DNA of 10,407 nucleotides from a virus (lineage: Duplodnaviria > Heunggongvirae > Uroviricota > Caudoviricetes): positions 1 through 10,407 of the IMG/VR virus record IMGVR_UViG_2695420809_000010; one strand, given 5' to 3'. A model generated the notes under the pieces. That model was not told the DNA's origin. It ran no database searches and was given only the letters and a program-made list of their open reading frames with translations. Below are positions 6,857 to 10,407 of the stretch, piece after piece; the first letter of the stretch is position 1; each line of letters begins with the position of its first letter. The translations under genes were made by a program, and so were the position numbers.

Positions 6857-7635
6857 TGATCACGTTTACCGACAAAGAACTGATTAAAGAAATCAAAGAG
6901 CGCATAGGAAGCCTGGATGTGAGAGACAATATTGAACGCCGCGCTTATGAAATCGCACTGGCATCGCTGGAAGAGGATCCGGTGGCATGGCTGCATTCAG
7001 ACAATGGCTTAGGTATTCCGGCAATAACCAGGAGTAAAAACATTGCTGACAGTTGGTTATCAAAGGGCTGGTATGTTCAGCCGCTATATATAGCCAAGCC
7101 AGTACCAGTGGCGCCAGATGCTCGTCCGTCTTTAAATAATGGCATAGTCGGTTTTGATGAAGGCTGGAACGCCCGCCGCACCGCCATGATTCATGGTGCC
7201 GTACCTGCAAGCCAGGCTTACAAGTTGCCACAAACGCAGTTTAAACAGGTTGCTGACCTCTACGAAATGCAATTTGATGACGGTCGCACTTGTACCTTTC
7301 ACACTGATGCGCAAAAGGCTGTGCAATGGCTTCAGGCGTGCGACGGAAACAGGGTTCAGGAATACGTTAAGCTGGAACGATTGCAGAACGCACTGTCTGG
7401 CAACTCTCCGGTAATTCCGGATGGTTGGATAAGCTGTAGTGAGCGAATGCCGAACGATAAACAGTATGTTTGGTGTTGGGGTAAGTCTTACGGCTGGACT
7501 GAGTGCGATACCTTCGAAGGGTATTACGATTGGTCGAGAAACAAATGGTGGGCAGTTACTGACGATGGGGAAGAACCGGCATCGAAAGTAACCCACTGGA
7601 TACCGCTACCGGAGCCGCCGCAGGAGGTGAAGTAA
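6856..7635 (+). CDS. yfdT: YfdT-like protein with C-terminal DUF551 domain, 259 aa
   Basis: TAATG overlap with the upstream stop; SD GGAGG 8 nt upstream. C-terminal W-rich domain ends in THWIPLPEPP, typical of DUF551 phage proteins. The N-terminus (MITFTDKELIKEIKERIG) matches my recollection of K-12 YfdT. Confidence 0.75.
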   Translation: MITFTDKELIKEIKERIGSLDVRDNIERRAYEIALASLEEDPVAWLHSDNGLGIPAITRSKNIADSWLSKGWYVQPLYIAKPVPVAPDARPSLNNGIVGFDEGWNARRTAMIHGAVPASQAYKLPQTQFKQVADLYEMQFDDGRTCTFHTDAQKAVQWLQACDGNRVQEYVKLERLQNALSGNSPVIPDGWISCSERMPNDKQYVWCWGKSYGWTECDTFEGYYDWSRNKWWAVTDDGEEPASKVTHWIPLPEPPQEVK

Positions 7636-7829
7636 TGAACAACTTAATGACAACAAAACAAGTTGCCGAATTCTGTGGCGTTTCAGTATCGACAGTTCTT
7701 CGCTGGAACAGCGTAAACAGGAGAACTGGCCAGAAATACAGGCCTGACTTTCCAGATCCTGATATTAAATCCTGCCCAAATAAATGGGCATCACGCAAGA
7801 TATACAGGTTTGCTGGAGTTATTGAGTAA
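7635..7829 (+). CDS. Excisionase-family (Xis/AlpA-like, HTH_17) DNA-binding protein, 64 aa
   Basis: TAATG overlap with the upstream gene; strong SD AGGAGGTGA. The motif TKQVAEFCGVSVSTVLRW is the typical excisionase/AlpA winged-helix. It is the last gene of the plus-strand early operon, the usual position for xis. Confidence 0.75.
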   Translation: MNNLMTTKQVAEFCGVSVSTVLRWNSVNRRTGQKYRPDFPDPDIKSCPNKWASRKIYRFAGVIE

Positions 7830-8050
7830 CGTGTATTATCTCAGATGGGAGCTGACACATCTATGGCACAGAGCCAAACCTAATCTGACAGCTTGCGCTA
7901 TGCTGTGAGTTCAACGGGTCGATGCAACGCTATCCTTGAACAACGGGGAACAGCTCAGTCAGCTGGTGCGCCCGGCGGCGATTCTTGATGTACGCGCTGC
8001 AAGATACTGTCACTTTAGACAATCTGCAAAACATATCACGACCGACTTTT

Positions 8051-8138
8051 CACAATAAGTGCGCACTATTGTGAATTGAATTCTGGAAGTATCGCCTAGT
8101 TATATAACGTTAACTGATTGTTTTTTCTAGCGTAGAAT
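8051..8138 (+). promoter_or_regulatory. Putative promoter with an upstream near-perfect palindrome (operator candidate) for the small orphan gene
   Basis: 23-bp palindrome CACAATAAGTGCGCACTATTGTG (8051..8073), imperfect by one extra A, with a perfectly palindromic AGTGCGCACT core. Candidate promoters: -35 TTGAAT (8076..8081) with -10 TATATA (8101..8106), or -35 TTAACT (8110..8115), 17-bp spacer, -10 TAGAAT (8133..8138). Confidence 0.4.
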
Positions 8139-8151
8139 GAGGGATTTATCG

Positions 8152-8340
8152 ATGAAAGAAGAACTGATTGAACTATACAAAGACTCCTTACTTTTAGGAA
8201 AATATATTGAGCTGGAACATATTGCTAATGGCATGTTACCAGGCCTATTTCCTGGAAAGGAACTAGAAGAACTTTCTGACAAGGAGTTAATTGCATTAAC
8301 TAAAGCCGTAATTACAGGTATGACCTCGTGGCTGTGCTAA
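8152..8340 (+). CDS. Hypothetical small acidic protein, 62 aa, in the AT-rich islet
   Basis: ATG at 8152 preceded by SD GAGGG (8139..8143, 8-nt spacer); the track's ATG at 8137 lacks an SD. A palindromic terminator follows 15 nt after the stop. No family recognised. Hand-counted GC is about 37%, lower than flanking phage genes. Confidence 0.5.
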   Translation: MKEELIELYKDSLLLGKYIELEHIANGMLPGLFPGKELEELSDKELIALTKAVITGMTSWLC

Positions 8341-8354
8341 TACTGATTAAAACT

Positions 8355-8370
8355 GGCGGCATATGCCGCC
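8355..8370. terminator. Perfect 16-bp palindrome between the convergent orphan genes; candidate bidirectional terminator
   Basis: GGCGGCATATGCCGCC is identical on both strands: a 6-bp GC stem with AUAU loop. The minus-strand transcript continues into AGUUUUAAU; the plus-strand tail is less U-rich. Confidence 0.55.
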
Positions 8371-8444
8371 ATAATACAACTAACTCGAACAGCCTGCCGT
8401 AGGCGTTATCTTCAATGGTCAGTGGTTATAGCAATACCCTCTCG

Positions 8445-8996
8445 TCATGAATATCGGAGATTTAGTCGGGAATACAGCCTTTCTATCTCATCGACAACTT
8501 TGCTAAACTCTTTGGCTAATTTGGGTGGCAATTCAATATGCCCATGCTGGTTCGCTAGGTCACCAGTATTTAATATTTCAAAACGTTTTCTAGCAAGATA
8601 CAACCATCTGATCACATCAGGATCATTTACAAGAGCCTGGCGGATATTGTCTACCTGCTGCCCCCTATAAATCCGCGTACTATCAGGTAGAAATAAAATA
8701 TTTTCCGTACGATAAGGATATGGCGTGATATCCAGCATTTCTCCAGCATCATTCTCCCAAATACAGTGGAACTCAGCTTCAATATAAACTCCCGGTACCT
8801 GCCAGATAGCCCAACCGTAAACAGCTCTTCCGCCATTCTGTTCAATCACCATTTCAACATTCGAAAAGCAGTCCATAACTTCCGCTCCCGAGAAAGGTTC
8901 ATTTTTAATCAATACAGCATGAGCATCAGGAACAACTTGCAGACAAAAATTCAGGGTTTCAGGCGTATCTAACTGTGCGGGTATTGGATGGTGCAT
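8445..8996 (-). CDS. Hypothetical protein, 183 aa, function unknown; orphan gene in the integrase-proximal islet
   Basis: ATG at 8996 with SD AAGGA 5 nt upstream. Lies 188 nt downstream of the integrase stop on the same strand and converges on the 62-aa gene. AT-rich relative to the phage core. No recognisable domain. Confidence 0.6.
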   Translation of the reverse strand: MHHPIPAQLDTPETLNFCLQVVPDAHAVLIKNEPFSGAEVMDCFSNVEMVIEQNGGRAVYGWAIWQVPGVYIEAEFHCIWENDAGEMLDITPYPYRTENILFLPDSTRIYRGQQVDNIRQALVNDPDVIRWLYLARKRFEILNTGDLANQHGHIELPPKLAKEFSKVVDEIERLYSRLNLRYS

Positions 8997-9183
8997 AGCA
9001 TTCCTTACATTAGAGCTAAATGGGAGGTTTGTAGTAAAGGACTTGCAGATAATGTCATCGCTGGCGAAGTTTTGGTTTCATTGACTGCTTATCTGTGTCT
9101 GCTCACTTATCAATCAATAGTTTTACTGCAATCTGGCGACACCGTTTGTATAAGAATATCCGTTCCTAGCTCAGAGCGAACTA

Positions 9184-10407
9184 TCAGTTGGTGTCTGAGT
9201 TAGTACAAGTAACGATCGATTCAACTCTCTCCCACCATGCCAGGTAAGCTTTACGCTGTTCTTCTAGATAATCGCTCTTATCATAAACTTGCCATACCCC
9301 TGGCAGTTTATGACCTAGCATTATTTCTGCAATATGCGGCGCAGTAAGATCAGAAAAGTTTGTTCGTGCTGTTCGCCTCAAATCATGAAGAGACCAATGA
9401 GGGAATTGATACCCCAAACGCCGCCATGCGTACTGCATTAAATTGTAAGGCAGCGACTGCAATGATGTCCGACCAACGGGTTCCCTGCTTCCTTCCTTAG
9501 TAAAAAGCATATCGGAACCATTGTTCATAGAAATAGCGTACTTTATAAGCTCTTCAACCGGTTCAATAATGGGCCGCTTTAGCGGTTCGCCTGTTATGTC
9601 CCCTGTCTTATGTCGTTCAGGTGGTACAGTCCATACCTTATTTATGAAATCAAAATCACCCACCCTAGCAGTAATTAGCTCCGAACTACGGCAACCAAAA
9701 TGCAGTAATAGTTTAATGAAGGCCCGGTATTTGGGAACCATTCTAGAGCCATCGATCGCAGCATAAAGAATTTTAATTTCATCGTGTGTCAGAAACCGTT
9801 TCTTCTGACCTTTACGGATATCCATATCTTTACCCGTGATATCCGACAGCGGGCGAGTTTCAATAAGCTTTCTCTTATACGCCCAGACATGGGCCTGCTT
9901 TGCGTTAATTAGCAATCGGTCTGCTATTGCTGGAGTCTTAGTGCTAAGAGGCTCCAGGACTTCTAACCAATCATGCAATGTAGCTGCATCGTGAGGGATA
10001 TTCCCGATTTTAGAGAACAGGTGCAACTCAAACGAGCGGAGTATCTGTTCAGAACCCTTTTTATTTTTTACACAATATGCTTCATACCAGGCACGGATCA
10101 CAGACTCTACCGTCATGGCTTCAGTAGCTTTTCGTTTTTCAGCCTGCTTGACCAATCGTGGATTACGGTTTGACTCGAGTTCACCACGGAGACGGATAAC
10201 TTCTTCTCTGGCCTCTTTTAATCCAGTTGCCGGGTAAGTTCCGATATCAAGACGCTCACCTTTCCCTGCCCATTGATAACGATATTGGAACACTACGCGA
10301 CCTTTCGGTGATACTCTGACAGACAGACCATCACGATCGGATTTAACCAAAACCTTATCACGTTCCTTTCCAACGACTGAACGCAACCACGCATCAGACA
10401 GCGCCAT
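9184..10407 (-). CDS. int: Tyrosine site-specific integrase, P4-type (DUF4102 arm-binding N-terminus plus catalytic domain), 407 aa, complete
   Basis: N-terminus (LSVRVSPKGRVVFQYRYQWAGKGERLDIGTYPATGLKEAREE) has the DUF4102 pattern. Catalytic residues are in the expected order: R (HFGCRSSEL), H-x-x-R (HDLRRTART), and Tyr in LGHKLPGVWQVYDKSDY. The start ATG is at 10405..10407, the window edge. Confidence 0.95.
   Translation of the reverse strand: MALSDAWLRSVVGKERDKVLVKSDRDGLSVRVSPKGRVVFQYRYQWAGKGERLDIGTYPATGLKEAREEVIRLRGELESNRNPRLVKQAEKRKATEAMTVESVIRAWYEAYCVKNKKGSEQILRSFELHLFSKIGNIPHDAATLHDWLEVLEPLSTKTPAIADRLLINAKQAHVWAYKRKLIETRPLSDITGKDMDIRKGQKKRFLTHDEIKILYAAIDGSRMVPKYRAFIKLLLHFGCRSSELITARVGDFDFINKVWTVPPERHKTGDITGEPLKRPIIEPVEELIKYAISMNNGSDMLFTKEGSREPVGRTSLQSLPYNLMQYAWRRLGYQFPHWSLHDLRRTARTNFSDLTAPHIAEIMLGHKLPGVWQVYDKSDYLEEQRKAYLAWWERVESIVTCTNSDTN

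Larger units (their letters stand above)
1..10407. mobile_element. Segment of a lambdoid prophage (CPS-53/KplE1-like early region plus integrase); neither prophage boundary lies inside the window
   Basis: Contiguous phage modules: CI/Cro switch, CII-like, replication initiator, yfdPQRST-like early genes, excisionase-like gene, P4-family integrase. The integrase start codon abuts the window end, so the attachment site must lie beyond 10407. Confidence 0.85.

Noticed and set aside
7132-7596. 154-aa minus-strand ORF antisense to the yfdT-like gene
   Set aside because: The plus-strand gene has DUF551-like motifs and translational coupling on both sides; the antisense frame has neither.
8133-8139. 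ATG at 8137 as the start of the small orphan gene (track's 67-aa version)
   Set aside because: It overlaps the candidate -10 hexamer and has no SD; the ATG at 8152 follows GAGGG at ideal spacing.
7830-8150. Possible tRNA or attachment core in the non-coding stretch after the excisionase-like gene
   Set aside because: I found no T-arm-like GTTCRANYC motif or cloverleaf-compatible pairing, and no direct repeat of this sequence elsewhere in the window.
8422-8972. Three short ORFs (8422..8670 +, 8651..8845 -, 8766..8972 +) within the 183-aa orphan gene
   Set aside because: Each is shorter than, and nested inside or antisense to, the 183-aa ORF, which has a proper SD.
9521-10173. Plus-strand ORFs (9521..9766, 9973..10173) antisense to the integrase
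   Set aside because: The integrase frame is complete with all catalytic motifs; these are antisense artefacts.
1-10407. CRISPR array, insertion sequence, transposase or retron-type reverse transcriptase
   Set aside because: No regularly spaced identical repeats, no terminal inverted repeats flanking a transposase-like ORF, and no ORF with RT or DDE motifs. The only repeats are operator half-sites, the intragenic iteron-like cluster and hairpins.

Overview
This window reads as the immunity / early region and integrase end of a lambdoid prophage of the E. coli CPS-53 (KplE1) type. No tRNA, rRNA, CRISPR array or transposase was found. Layout, left to right: (i) a minus-strand early operon of five tightly coupled genes: Cro-like HTH (2835..3095), CII/YdaT-like regulator (2291..2842), two uncharacterised ORFs of 278 aa and 78 aa, and a replication initiator with iteron-like repeats in its linker (414..1232). 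(ii) A divergent promoter/operator region (3096..3192) with repeated CGCAA/TTGCG motifs. (iii) A plus-strand CI-type repressor with S24 autopeptidase domain (3193..3885) and its intrinsic terminator. (iv) A roughly 650-bp protein-free, structured leader with operator-like repeats and two hairpins. (v) A plus-strand coupled operon resembling yfdP-yfdQ-yfdR-yfdS-yfdT plus an excisionase-family HTH gene (4587..7829). (vi) An AT-rich islet with two convergent orphan ORFs, a near-perfect palindrome and a palindromic terminator (7830..9183). (vii) A complete P4-family tyrosine integrase on the minus strand whose start codon is the last three bases of the window (9184..10407). The strongest candidates for undescribed function are the orphan pair in the integrase-proximal islet, the two unknown ORFs inside the early operon, and the N-less structured leader. 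All protein calls rest on my reading of the translations, not on database searches, and the yfd gene symbols are from recollection of the K-12 proteins.
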